Positions 37,102 to 46,949 of a stretch of 64,000 nt of DNA are shown one piece after another. The notes beneath the pieces are model-generated. The model was not told where the DNA came from and searched no databases. It saw only the letters and a program-made list of their open reading frames with translations. The stretch is from Arenicellales bacterium (GTDB lineage Bacteria > Pseudomonadota > Gammaproteobacteria > Arenicellales > JAJDZL01). A program made the translations under genes and the position numbers. The DNA is taken from positions 2,238,822-2,302,821 of the forward strand of contig OZ243952.1 of NCBI GenBank assembly GCA_965214615.1. Direction: 5' to 3'. How positions within the stretch are numbered: the first letter of the stretch is position 1; the number at the start of each line of letters is the position of its first letter.

Positions 37102-39594
37102 CTAGACAACGATATTGATAAGTTTACCTTGAACAAAGATGACTCGCTGCACCTTTTTACCGCCGACATGGCGTGCCACCCTCGAGTCGCTCAGCGCCGA
37201 GTCGAGCACCGAGTCCCTACCTGCGTCTGCCGACACCTCGATTTGCGCGCGCAACTTGCCGTTGACTTGCACCGGAATCGCGATCTGCTCGCGCTGCAGT
37301 GCCGATTCGTCAATTTTGGGCCATGGGGCATCGATTACCGCCCCGGGCATGCCAGCGCGCAGCCATAATTCGTGGCAGATATGAGGAACAATGGGAGCGA
37401 GCACTCTGATCAATATCGAAATTGCCTCGATCAATGCCTCGGCTCCGCGATCGACGGCCTTGAGCGCTTCGCCGCTTCGGGTCACGCTATTGACCAGTTC
37501 CATGCACGCGGCGATCGCCGTATTGTAGTGATGACGCTCGAAATCGTGGCACACCCGAGACAGCGCAGAATGGGTCAGATGGCGAAAATCCGAGACACCC
37601 TCGCCCACCTGCCCGTCGTTCCAGTCGAGGTCCTCAATTTCGCATCCGGCGCCTGCGGTCACTTCTCGAACCGCCGGCGCGTGCGCATTGACCGCATTCC
37701 ATAGCCGGTTGAGAAACCGGCGGGCGCCCGCTATCGCTTCATCGCTCCATTCAAGCGAATTTTCTGGCGGTGCTGCGAACAGGATGAACAGCCGCACCGT
37801 GTCGGCGCCATAGGCGTCGATCATGGTTTGCGGGTCGACCACGTTACCGACTGATTTCGACATTTTCGAACCGTCCTTGAGCACCATGCCCTGGGTCAGC
37901 AGGTTGGTAAACGGCTCGTCTGAATCGATCAGCCCGGCATCGCGCATCAGCTTGTGGTAGAGCCGCGCGTAGAGCAGGTGCAGCACCGCATGCTCTATGC
38001 CACCAATGTATTGGTCCACGGGCAGCCAGTAGTTGGCGCGCTCATCCACTTTCGCATCCGCACCGGGGCAGCAGAACCGTGCGAAATACCACGACGATTC
38101 GACAAAGGTATCGAATGTATCGACTTCCCTTCGTCCAGGCTCGCCGGTTCCCGGCACCGAAACCCTGAGAAATTGCTCGTCTTCGCGTATCGGCGACTTG
38201 ACCCCTTGAAACTCCACGTCTTCGGGCAGCACGACCGGAAGATCCTCATCCGGCACCGGATGGGGATCGCCGGCGGCATCGTAGACCACGGGAATCGGGC
38301 AGCCCCAGTAGCGCTGGCGGGATACGCCCCAGTCGCGCAGGCGGTAGTTGGTAGTACGCATTCCGTTCGCATGCTCGGCCAGATAGTCGGCGGTTGCTTT
38401 GAAGCATCCTTCAAAGTCCAGGCCATCAAACATGTCCGAGTTGCATGAAACGGTGTCGAGCTTGCTCTCGTAGGCGCCCTGAGTCAAGTCGGCGTCGCCC
38501 TTGGCCGGGCGCACGACCTGCCTGATATCGATGCCGTACTTGCTGGCGAACTCCCAGTCTCGCTGATCGTGCCCGGGAACTGCCATGATCGCGCCGGTCC
38601 CATAGGTGATCAGAACAAAATTAGCTATAAAAATGGGAATCCGCTCGCCGGTCACAGGATGAATCGCCTTAACCGGCAGCTCGCACCCCTTTTTTTCCAT
38701 CGTTTCGAGCGCCGCTTCGGAGGTGTTGGTCTTCCTGCACTGTTCGACAAACTGGGCAATCCTATCCGATTGCGCTGCAAAATGCTGCGCCAGCGGATAC
38801 TCTGCTGCGACCGCTGCATAGGTGATCCCCATAAGCGTATCGGGGCGAGTCGTATAGACTCGCAGCGGCGGATGCCCGTTCTCGACTTCGATATCGAACT
38901 CGACCCCTTGCGATCGCCCGATCCAGTTGCGCTGCATGGTCTTGACCGAATCGGGCCAGCCTGGCAGCCGGTCGAGCTCATCGAGCAGTTCTTCGGCATA
39001 GGCTGTGATCCGAATGAACCATTGCGGTATTTCCCGCCGCTCCACCATGGCGCCGGAACGCCACCCTCTTCCTTCGCTGTCAACCTGCTCGTTCGCCAGC
39101 ACGGTCTGCTCTACCGGGTCCCAGTTCACCACCGACATTTTACGGTAGGCGAGCCCCTTTTTGATCAAGCGGGTAAAGAACCACTGCTCCCATCGATAGT
39201 AGTCCGGACGGCATGTCGCGAGCTCGCGAGACCAGTCGTAGGCAAAGCCCAGGCGCTTGAGCTGGCGGGTCATGCCTGCGATATTGCGGTAGGTCCAGTC
39301 GGCGGCGGGAACCTGATTTTGAATGGCGGCATTTTCGGCGGGAAGGCCGAATGCATCCCAGCCCATGGGCTGCAGCACGTTCTTGCCCAGCATTCTCTGG
39401 TATCGGCTCATTGCATCGCCGATCGCGTAGTTGCGCACGTGCCCCATATGCAGCGCGCCGGACGGATACGGAAACATGGACAGACAGTAGAACTTGTCCT
39501 TTGCCGGATCTTCGACGACACGGAAACTTGAGTTGCGTTCCCAATAGTCTTGCGCCGCTGATTCGACTGCCTCGGGTTGATAGCGATCATTCAT
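37102..39594 (-). CDS. leuS: Leucine--tRNA ligase
   Basis: MFPYPSGALHMGH, GWDAFGLPAENAA, KMSKS. Confidence 0.99.
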   Translation of the reverse strand: MNDRYQPEAVESAAQDYWERNSSFRVVEDPAKDKFYCLSMFPYPSGALHMGHVRNYAIGDAMSRYQRMLGKNVLQPMGWDAFGLPAENAAIQNQVPAADWTYRNIAGMTRQLKRLGFAYDWSRELATCRPDYYRWEQWFFTRLIKKGLAYRKMSVVNWDPVEQTVLANEQVDSEGRGWRSGAMVERREIPQWFIRITAYAEELLDELDRLPGWPDSVKTMQRNWIGRSQGVEFDIEVENGHPPLRVYTTRPDTLMGITYAAVAAEYPLAQHFAAQSDRIAQFVEQCRKTNTSEAALETMEKKGCELPVKAIHPVTGERIPIFIANFVLITYGTGAIMAVPGHDQRDWEFASKYGIDIRQVVRPAKGDADLTQGAYESKLDTVSCNSDMFDGLDFEGCFKATADYLAEHANGMRTTNYRLRDWGVSRQRYWGCPIPVVYDAAGDPHPVPDEDLPVVLPEDVEFQGVKSPIREDEQFLRVSVPGTGEPGRREVDTFDTFVESSWYFARFCCPGADAKVDERANYWLPVDQYIGGIEHAVLHLLYARLYHKLMRDAGLIDSDEPFTNLLTQGMVLKDGSKMSKSVGNVVDPQTMIDAYGADTVRLFILFAAPPENSLEWSDEAIAGARRFLNRLWNAVNAHAPAVREVTAGAGCEIEDLDWNDGQVGEGVSDFRHLTHSALSRVCHDFERHHYNTAIAACMELVNSVTRSGEALKAVDRGAEALIEAISILIRVLAPIVPHICHELWLRAGMPGAVIDAPWPKIDESALQREQIAIPVQVNGKLRAQIEVSADAGRDSVLDSALSDSRVARHVGGKKVQRVIFVQGKLINIVV

Positions 39595-39903
39595 AAGGTC
39601 AGGTATTTTACTTGAAGGCTTGAGCCAAGTTGACTTTAGCATTTGAATCAAATTTCAAAGTGCCGGCGACAATTGAGCATCGGAGACTGGCCGATCGACT
39701 GCGCGTGGCGCGTGCGGGGACTGTTTGCGTACAGCTCGCGCACTCCGGAGCGGCCATATTCATGGGTCGCCGGCTTCGGGCCGGCATTTCAGATTTGCAG
39801 GATTCTTCAAAGGCCTGCCAATTTCGAAAACTAAGCCGGAGTAGCTGCGCGTTTACACAGAATCAGTATTTACTAAATATACTGAGTAAAATATATCAAC
39901 ATA

Positions 39904-41130
39904 ATGAGTAATTCGATTAAAACTGCGGCGAATTGCACGATCTATATGCGGCCTGTCGGCGCTGGTCTGTTAAAGCGCTTGCGCGAGCCCCGGCGATTCC
40001 TCCAAGTAATCACTGGCCCTCGCCAAGTCGGAAAGACGACACTGGCAACCCAGGTTGCCGAGAAGTCAGGATTGCCGTACAACCACGTCACAGCAGATGT
40101 TCCGGGTCTGCGAAGCTTGCAGTGGATTGCTCAACAATGGGAAACTGCCAGAAATCTGGCTGAAAGCTCTGCCGATGCCAAGTCTTTGCTCATTGTTGAC
40201 GAGATTCAGAAGATTCCAGACTGGTCGGAAATGGTGAAGTTGCAATGGGACCAGGATACGCGCGACGGCTGCCAGGTCGAAGTGATAGTTCTTGGTTCGA
40301 CATCGCTGGCGATTCAGAAGGGGCTGACAGAAAGCCTTGCCGGACGCTTTGAGTTGACGCGTTTGCCCCATTGGAGCTTCGCTGAGATGCAAGATGTCTT
40401 TAATTACAGTGTTGAGGAGTACCTGTTTTACGGCGGCTATCCGGGTGCCGCATCTTTGATTGGCGATCATCAGCGCTGGTCCGACTACATTCGCTACTCA
40501 CTGATTGAACCCATTATCAATCGAGACATTCTGCTGCTGACCCGGGTGGACAAGCCGGCATTATTGCGCCGCCTGTTCGATTTAGGATGCCGGTGCTCCG
40601 GACAAATTCTTTCCTATAACAAAATGCTGGGGCAACTTCAGGATGCCGGCAATACAACGACACTCGCGCACTACCTTGATCTGCTTTCCCAGGCAGGAAT
40701 GCTGACCGGTCTGCAGAAATATTCCGGCCATGTCGCACGCCAGCGAGGGTCCAGTCCCAAATTTCAGGTACTAAACACCGCATTGTTGACCGTTGAATGC
40801 GGGCGGACTATGCGTGAGGCGCTAATCGATTCTCAATTCAAAGGACAACTGGTTGAGTCCGCTGTCGGCGCTTACTTGGCAAATGCGGCCAGCATCGGTC
40901 AGATTGGAGTTTCCTATTGGCGTCAAAACAATCGGGAAGTCGATTTTGTAGTCGAAAGGGGAACACAATTGTATGCGATCGAAGTTAAGAGCGGTCGTTC
41001 TAGCAATGAACTGCCCGGCATCGCTTTGTTTTCCAAGTCATTCAATCCGAAGCGAGTCTTACTGATCGGCGAATCCGGCATCAGCGTTGATGATTTTCTT
41101 TCGCGACCGGTCGAACACTGGTTTTCGTAG
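39904..41130 (+). CDS. AAA_14 ATPase with DUF4143 / C-terminal PD-(D/E)XK-like domain
   Basis: Walker A GPRQVGKT, Walker B LIVDEIQ, ESLAGRF, GGYPG, EVDFV...AIEVKSG. Confidence 0.9.
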   Translation: MSNSIKTAANCTIYMRPVGAGLLKRLREPRRFLQVITGPRQVGKTTLATQVAEKSGLPYNHVTADVPGLRSLQWIAQQWETARNLAESSADAKSLLIVDEIQKIPDWSEMVKLQWDQDTRDGCQVEVIVLGSTSLAIQKGLTESLAGRFELTRLPHWSFAEMQDVFNYSVEEYLFYGGYPGAASLIGDHQRWSDYIRYSLIEPIINRDILLLTRVDKPALLRRLFDLGCRCSGQILSYNKMLGQLQDAGNTTTLAHYLDLLSQAGMLTGLQKYSGHVARQRGSSPKFQVLNTALLTVECGRTMREALIDSQFKGQLVESAVGAYLANAASIGQIGVSYWRQNNREVDFVVERGTQLYAIEVKSGRSSNELPGIALFSKSFNPKRVLLIGESGISVDDFLSRPVEHWFS

Positions 41131-41292
41131 TTTCGCCGGATCAAAGCGCTTGGGCATTCTTTATTCGTGCTTTTTTGTCGCTATTGCATTGGGAGGCAAG
41201 ACAAATTTGGTCTTTAGGACTTAAGCGGCGCGCTACACGAATGATGTTCCCTGTGTGATTGATTCGCGGCAGATGGCCGGGTTGGGTACTCA

Positions 41293-41317
41293 TGTTATTT
41301 TCCACGAGAAAATAACA
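41293..41317. terminator. Perfect 10-bp hairpin TGTTATTTTC-CACGA-GAAAATAACA between convergent genes; possible terminator or operator
   Basis: Direct reading. The stem is AT-rich and lacks a clear U-tract, so the function is uncertain. Confidence 0.35.
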
Positions 41318-41592
41318 AATGTGCTGCACGTTGCAGATCAACGAAATCGTTTTTCATCGGTTGAAATTGAACTATAGCAACTTATGGAATTAGCGGTGAT
41401 AGGAAAATGAATCAGTCTTGAACAATTCGTTCAAATGATCGTTAGAATTGTCAGCTTTGCAGCAAGCGCAACACACAGCAACACAAAAAAACAGCAGTCT
41501 CCCAGAGAAATATCTATTCTTAAGCTCTAGCTATTTCTGCCGAAGATGCAACTTCTACGCAATGACCGCCTTAGAACTGCAAACAAAGCGTA

Positions 41593-43872
41593 TCAGCATG
41601 TCGAAACGCGTTTCGGCGCTGTGCCTTCAAGAAACGGAACCGTGCGCACTTCCAGGCATCGCGGGCTTGCGCGCAATCCGGTTTTCAGGTCGATTTGAAC
41701 AGTTTCAACCGGCGACTGCGCCCCCGATTTCAGCGTCTGAAGATTCAAGCGCTTCATGACAGAACCCCATATGCGCATGGCGCCGGCGGAGCCGGTCAGT
41801 CCTGTCGTCTTGTTGTCATCGCGCCCCACCCAGACTACGGCGAGATAATTACCTGCAAATCCGGCGAACCAGCTGTCGCGATAGTTGTTTGTCGTGCCTG
41901 TCTTTCCTGCCAGCTGCAGACCCGGGGCAAACTGCCTCGACAGCGCTGCGCCAGTGCCGCTGGCAACAGCTTCCTTCATTGCCGACACGGCGAGAAACAC
42001 TGCATCTCTGGAAGCGACCTGAACCGCATCGGTCGGGGCTGGCCTAAATAGCGATCCGGCATCCCTGGATGTGGCCGATATTGTTTGCAAATCAATACGG
42101 TAGCCGTAGTTGGCCAATGCCTGATAGGCCTGAGCCACCTGCATCGGCGTCAGTTCCACCGAGCCGAGCAGCATGGAAGGATAAGCCTGCACCGAAGCCA
42201 ATGCGCCGAAATCCTTGAGCCGCCTTGCGACATTGGACACTCCGATGCTCAGGCCGAAACGCGCAGCGGCCACATTGTATGAATTTGCGAGCGCCTCGAG
42301 TATCGTCACGTCGCCATGATTCTTTCCATCGTAGTTTTTCGGCGACCAGTCGGTTCCGTCGTCAAGGCGATGCGTCAACGGCGCATCGGAAATCAAAGTC
42401 GCCAGTGTCCGGCTTGAATCAAGCTCGAAACCTGTCAGATACACCAACGGCTTAATCAGCGAGCCAATCGGACGTCTTGCCAAAGTGGCCCGGTTGAACC
42501 CGCCGGCAATCGACTTGCGCCCGCCCGCCATCGCAAGAACCTCGCCGTTGTCCGGGCGTACAACGATCGCAACGCCTTGAAGGCTGTCCTTGGGCAGACT
42601 TCGCTCGGATTCCAGCGCTGCAAGCTCTTCGCGCAATGCACTTTCGGCAGCGCGCTGGATCACGATATCCATGGTCGTATACACCGAGAATCTCTTGCGC
42701 GCTGCCAGGGTGGACGAAACTTCGCGATCCAGCTTCGACGACACCTCTCCAAGAAATGCCGCGAATTCCCGGCCCTCGCGCGGCGCTGCGGCCGGCCGCG
42801 CAATGCGCAGCGGCGCGCTGCGGTACTTATCGTAGTCCGTCTGGCCAATCAGTTGCTCCGCGAGCATGGCCTGAAGCACTACCTGACGGCGTTCAAGCGC
42901 CTGTTCCGGGTTGCGGCGCGGATTCAAGGCGGACGGCGCCTTGATCATTCCGACCAGCAATGCGATTTCATCGACGCTTAACTCTGTAACCGGCCTGCCG
43001 AAATAGAAATGGCTTGCAAGGCCGAATCCATGCACGGCGCGATTCCCGTCCTGACCCAGAAATACCTCGTTGCAATACATTTCGAGAATCTGGTGCTTTT
43101 CGAATCGCAGCTCCAAGAATAGCGCCATCACGATCTCCAGCAACTTGCGGCGATAGGTGCGTTCCGGCATCTCATAGACGTTCTTGATCAACTGCTGCGA
43201 CAAGGTGCTGCCGCCCTGGACGATCCGTCCCGCTCTGATATTGACCCACAGCGAGCGCAGAATGCCGCGAAAATCGATGCCGATGTGCCGGTCGAAACTC
43301 TTGTCTTCCACCGCGACCAGTGCGGCAAGAAGCAGTTTCGGCATCTCTTCGAGCTTGGTCACAATGCGATCCTCGTGCTGCGCATTCGACAGGCTGCCGA
43401 GCAAGTGCGGGGTCAGACGCAGCGTCTGAATCGATGCCCCGCTTGTCTCGTCCAGGATCTGGGAAACCTGCAAGCCTGAGAACGTCAGCCTCACAGGCCG
43501 CGATCTCTGCGGGCCGTCCCAGAAATCGAACGGCCGCGAAAAAAGAACCAGCGCCCCGTCATCGACTGCGTATTCCCCGGTGGCGGCGGCCTGAAAGGTA
43601 CGTCGGTAGCCCAGCGCATCGAGACGCCGTGTCAGTTGCTGAGATGTCACAGCCAGCCCGGGATGCAACTCGAACGGACGGCTGTACACGTGGATGGGAA
43701 GATCCCACAGAAGGTTCCCGAATTTGGTCCGTACCGTGGTGTCGAGCCACACCATTGCACCGCCGGCGCCGATCAATACGGCGACAACCGCCCAGATAGA
43801 GAAGTTTCGGATAATTCGGAGCACCACGAGCCGCAATCCGGCCCGTCGCCCCGTACTGTCGATGCGCGCCAT
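41593..43872 (-). CDS. mrcB: Penicillin-binding protein 1B (transglycosylase/transpeptidase with UB2H domain)
   Basis: EDKSF..H.GID, QGGSTLSQQLIKN, RKLLE, SLIK (SxxK), SYN (SxN), KTG. Confidence 0.95.
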   Translation of the reverse strand: MARIDSTGRRAGLRLVVLRIIRNFSIWAVVAVLIGAGGAMVWLDTTVRTKFGNLLWDLPIHVYSRPFELHPGLAVTSQQLTRRLDALGYRRTFQAAATGEYAVDDGALVLFSRPFDFWDGPQRSRPVRLTFSGLQVSQILDETSGASIQTLRLTPHLLGSLSNAQHEDRIVTKLEEMPKLLLAALVAVEDKSFDRHIGIDFRGILRSLWVNIRAGRIVQGGSTLSQQLIKNVYEMPERTYRRKLLEIVMALFLELRFEKHQILEMYCNEVFLGQDGNRAVHGFGLASHFYFGRPVTELSVDEIALLVGMIKAPSALNPRRNPEQALERRQVVLQAMLAEQLIGQTDYDKYRSAPLRIARPAAAPREGREFAAFLGEVSSKLDREVSSTLAARKRFSVYTTMDIVIQRAAESALREELAALESERSLPKDSLQGVAIVVRPDNGEVLAMAGGRKSIAGGFNRATLARRPIGSLIKPLVYLTGFELDSSRTLATLISDAPLTHRLDDGTDWSPKNYDGKNHGDVTILEALANSYNVAAARFGLSIGVSNVARRLKDFGALASVQAYPSMLLGSVELTPMQVAQAYQALANYGYRIDLQTISATSRDAGSLFRPAPTDAVQVASRDAVFLAVSAMKEAVASGTGAALSRQFAPGLQLAGKTGTTNNYRDSWFAGFAGNYLAVVWVGRDDNKTTGLTGSAGAMRIWGSVMKRLNLQTLKSGAQSPVETVQIDLKTGLRASPRCLEVRTVPFLEGTAPKRVSTC

Positions 43873-43892
43873 TAGGTCCGCTCAGATCCAAT

Positions 43893-44213
43893 TCACCGGT
43901 TTCTCAGTTCGGCCGCGCAACTCCAGCAGATTTCAAAATTCGCAGGATTGGCTTCGCCGCATTCGTCGCATTGCGACTCGCGCCCGGAGTCGGTGTGCTG
44001 CTCGTGCGCTGCTAAAGCCGAGGCAGCGGCCTGCTCATCGCACGCACGATCGAGCCAGACTTCGGGCCATGTGTGAGTAAACGGCAACTCGCCCACAGCG
44101 CCGTCGGCATATTCGTTGAACACATGCGCCTTGATGCCGATAGAGCGGATTCTATTGCACACAAGATACGCGTCTGCCAGGCTCGCAGCCACATAGAACC
44201 GCTTCAATTTCAA
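43893..44213 (-). CDS. DUF2007 family protein with C-terminal zinc ribbon
   Basis: GI.AHVFNE...GELPF...WPEVW; C..CGE.N...FEICWSC. Confidence 0.85.
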   Translation of the reverse strand: MKLKRFYVAASLADAYLVCNRIRSIGIKAHVFNEYADGAVGELPFTHTWPEVWLDRACDEQAAASALAAHEQHTDSGRESQCDECGEANPANFEICWSCAAELRNR

Positions 44214-44566
44214 TAGTCCGTGTATTTTCTCGAGTCTCCGCGCACCAGGTGTGCCGGATACTTCTTCTCGTTCAAGGTCAATTTTCGATGACCTGCGGCA
44301 AGCAGGTCGATGTCGAGTTGCTGCGCAATCCGCACCAGATAGACCAGAACGTCCGCCAATTCCTGCTCAACCTCGGCCAGCTTGGAACTGTCTAGCGATT
44401 CGCTTTGCTCCTGGGTCAGCCACTGAAAGTGCTCGACCAGTTCGCCGGCTTCGACAATCATCGCCATGGCAAGATTCTTCGGCGAGTGAAATTGCGCCCA
44501 ATCCCGCTCTTCAACGAATTCATTGACCCGCCGGGAAAATCGTTCGAATTCGTCTACTGAAGACAT
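44210..44566 (-). CDS. MazG-like nucleotide pyrophosphohydrolase
   Basis: ERDWAQFHSPKNL, EAGELVEHFQW, ELADV, N..KYP. Confidence 0.93.
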   Translation of the reverse strand: MSSVDEFERFSRRVNEFVEERDWAQFHSPKNLAMAMIVEAGELVEHFQWLTQEQSESLDSSKLAEVEQELADVLVYLVRIAQQLDIDLLAAGHRKLTLNEKKYPAHLVRGDSRKYTDY

Positions 44567-44575
44567 GGACGGAAA

Positions 44576-45844
44576 TCACGATTCATAAAGATGCTCGCGG
44601 GTCCACGGCACGGTGTTGTCCTTGCCGCGCGAGAAAACCATTTGAAACAGCTGAAGAGAGCCGACGCGAAAGGCGGCAATGGAGCCGGTCAGGTACATGC
44701 GCCATGCGCGCGCGAAGCGTTCGTCGAACATCTGCACAACCGCCGATTCCGCCTGATCGAAGCGGTCGAGCCAGTGACGCAGCGTCAAAGCGTAGTGCAG
44801 CCTAAGGTTCTCAATGTCCAGCACAGAAAAATCGTGCGGTTCGACGATGTTCATCATCTCGCGAATTGTCGGAGGATAGGCGCCGGGGAAAATTCGCTTT
44901 TCGATCCACGCGTTCATCAGATCCGGCTTGTTGCGCCCGATCGAATGCACCAGCGCCCGCCCATTGTCAATCAGGCATCGCTGGATGACATCGCCGAGCT
45001 GCCTGTAGTGCATTTTTCCCACATGCTCGAGCATCCCGACAGAGACGAATGCGTCAAAATCGCCCGAAATGTTGCGGTAATCGTCTTCGACATACTCGAT
45101 CTGATCGTTCAAGCCCTCCCTGTTTGCGCGCTCCACGGCATAGGCGATCTGTTCGTGAGAAATGTTGTAGGATTTGACTTTGACACCGTAATTCCTCGCC
45201 ATGTAGACGGCGAGAGATCCCCACCCGCAACCGGCCTCAACCACGGTCTGGCCGGGCCTAAGCTGCAGCTTTCGGCACACGTGCTCCATTTTTGCCGCCT
45301 GGGCCTGCTCAATCGTCAGATCCTGGCTCGGAAAATATGCGCAGGTATACTGCATCTCCTCGTCCAGCCATAGCCTGTAGAAATCGTTGCCAAGATCATA
45401 ATGGTGATGGATGTTGGATTTCGAATCGCTCAAGGTGTTGCCGCGCGCCTTGCGGGCAAAAATTTTCGACACCAGGCCGAGCAGATTCGAGGTGTCCATT
45501 TTGCGCTCCTTGGCCAAGTAGGCCTCGCATAGAAATTCCTCCAAATCGCCTTCGATGTCGATGCTGCCGTCGCTGTACCCGTCGCCAAATCCTATATCCT
45601 GCTGCGTCACCAGACGGCGCAAGGCAGAGCGGTTGTTAAATCGAAGCGCCGGCAAAGACGTATCCTTCGCACCGTAGACCTGTTCGCCGTTCCACAGAAA
45701 AATTCTGAACCGCGGGCTGCCCGCCTCCTTGGCGATGCTGCTGATTACAAACCGGTCCAAGCCGGACGGCTCGGACGACTTTGCCCCTGCATCGCGAGCA
45801 AGCGGCTTCATCGACAACGCTGATTCCTTATGTTCGCTTCTCAT
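44576..45844 (-). CDS. cfa: Cyclopropane-fatty-acyl-phospholipid synthase family methyltransferase
   Basis: HYDLGNDFY, YTCAYF, EAGCGWG, SVGMLEHVG, IFPG, HYALTL. Confidence 0.92.
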   Translation of the reverse strand: MRSEHKESALSMKPLARDAGAKSSEPSGLDRFVISSIAKEAGSPRFRIFLWNGEQVYGAKDTSLPALRFNNRSALRRLVTQQDIGFGDGYSDGSIDIEGDLEEFLCEAYLAKERKMDTSNLLGLVSKIFARKARGNTLSDSKSNIHHHYDLGNDFYRLWLDEEMQYTCAYFPSQDLTIEQAQAAKMEHVCRKLQLRPGQTVVEAGCGWGSLAVYMARNYGVKVKSYNISHEQIAYAVERANREGLNDQIEYVEDDYRNISGDFDAFVSVGMLEHVGKMHYRQLGDVIQRCLIDNGRALVHSIGRNKPDLMNAWIEKRIFPGAYPPTIREMMNIVEPHDFSVLDIENLRLHYALTLRHWLDRFDQAESAVVQMFDERFARAWRMYLTGSIAAFRVGSLQLFQMVFSRGKDNTVPWTREHLYES

Positions 45845-45878
45845 CGAATACCTGTAATTTAATTATCGAAATTCAATT

Positions 45879-46949
45879 CTAAAACAATGTTCCCTGAACA
45901 GGCGTCCCGGGTTTTTTGCGAAAAAGACCGGTGTCAAGACATGGCGGCTCAAGGTTCAGCCCGTTTTTCTTTGCTGCCGCCCGAAATCGCTGCCCGAACA
46001 TCTGCGCAATAGGACCCGACCCGCTGAATCGCCGATGAAACTGCGAATCGTTGTCTGCGCCGTCTCGCGACTGACGCATCAGACTTTGCACGCGGGCGAC
46101 TTTGAGCGGGTAGTGCTGTTCGAGCCATTCGTAGAACAAGTCCTTGACTTCCAGAGGCAGACGCAGCAGGATCCAGTTCGCACCGACCGCACCTGCGTGC
46201 CTGCCCTGTGCCACTACCGCCTCCAGTTCGTGATCGTTCAGACCCAGGATCACCGGCGCAAGCAATATTGTAATTGGAATCCCGGCTTCTGACAGCCGCC
46301 GTATCGCTTCGATGCGGCGATGAGGGGCGCTGGCCCGCGGTTCCATCCGCTGTGCGAGCCGATTGTCGAGCGTTGTGACCGACACCGACACCGATACCAG
46401 ATTATGCGAGGCAAGCTCGCCTAGGACATCAAGGTCGCGCACGATCAAGTGCGATTTGGTCGTAATTGTCACCGGATGGCGATGCTCTAAAAATACTTCG
46501 AGCAACTGACGCGTGAGCGCATAGGTCTTTTCGATCGGCTGATACGGATCGGTATTGGTCCCAAGCGCTATCGTCGCACATGCGTAGGATTTGCGAGAAA
46601 TTTCGCGGCGCAGCAATTGCGCGGCGTCCGGCTTGACCAGCAGCCGTGTCTCGAAATCAAGCCCCGGCGAATAGCCAAGATAGCTGTGCGTCGGACGCGC
46701 ATAGCAGTATGTGCATCCGTGCTCGCAGCCGCGATACATGTTTATCGACCGGTCAAAATGCAGATCCGGCGACTCGTTGCTTGAAATAATCGACCTGGAA
46801 GCATCAACCTCGACCGTGGTGCGCGTCCGAGGCGGCAGGGATTCCTGAGTCCAGCCGTCCTGCGCCGGGACGCGCCTTAGGCGCTCGTAGCGACCTTCGC
46901 GGTTGGATGCCGCGCCGCGGCCCTTGATCGGTCTGATGGTCGACTCCAT
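45879..46949 (-). CDS. PA0069 family radical SAM protein
   Basis: GRGA.SN, YRGCEHGCTYCYARPTH, NTDPYQPIE. Confidence 0.92.
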   Translation of the reverse strand: MESTIRPIKGRGAASNREGRYERLRRVPAQDGWTQESLPPRTRTTVEVDASRSIISSNESPDLHFDRSINMYRGCEHGCTYCYARPTHSYLGYSPGLDFETRLLVKPDAAQLLRREISRKSYACATIALGTNTDPYQPIEKTYALTRQLLEVFLEHRHPVTITTKSHLIVRDLDVLGELASHNLVSVSVSVTTLDNRLAQRMEPRASAPHRRIEAIRRLSEAGIPITILLAPVILGLNDHELEAVVAQGRHAGAVGANWILLRLPLEVKDLFYEWLEQHYPLKVARVQSLMRQSRDGADNDSQFHRRFSGSGPIAQMFGQRFRAAAKKNGLNLEPPCLDTGLFRKKPGTPVQGTLF

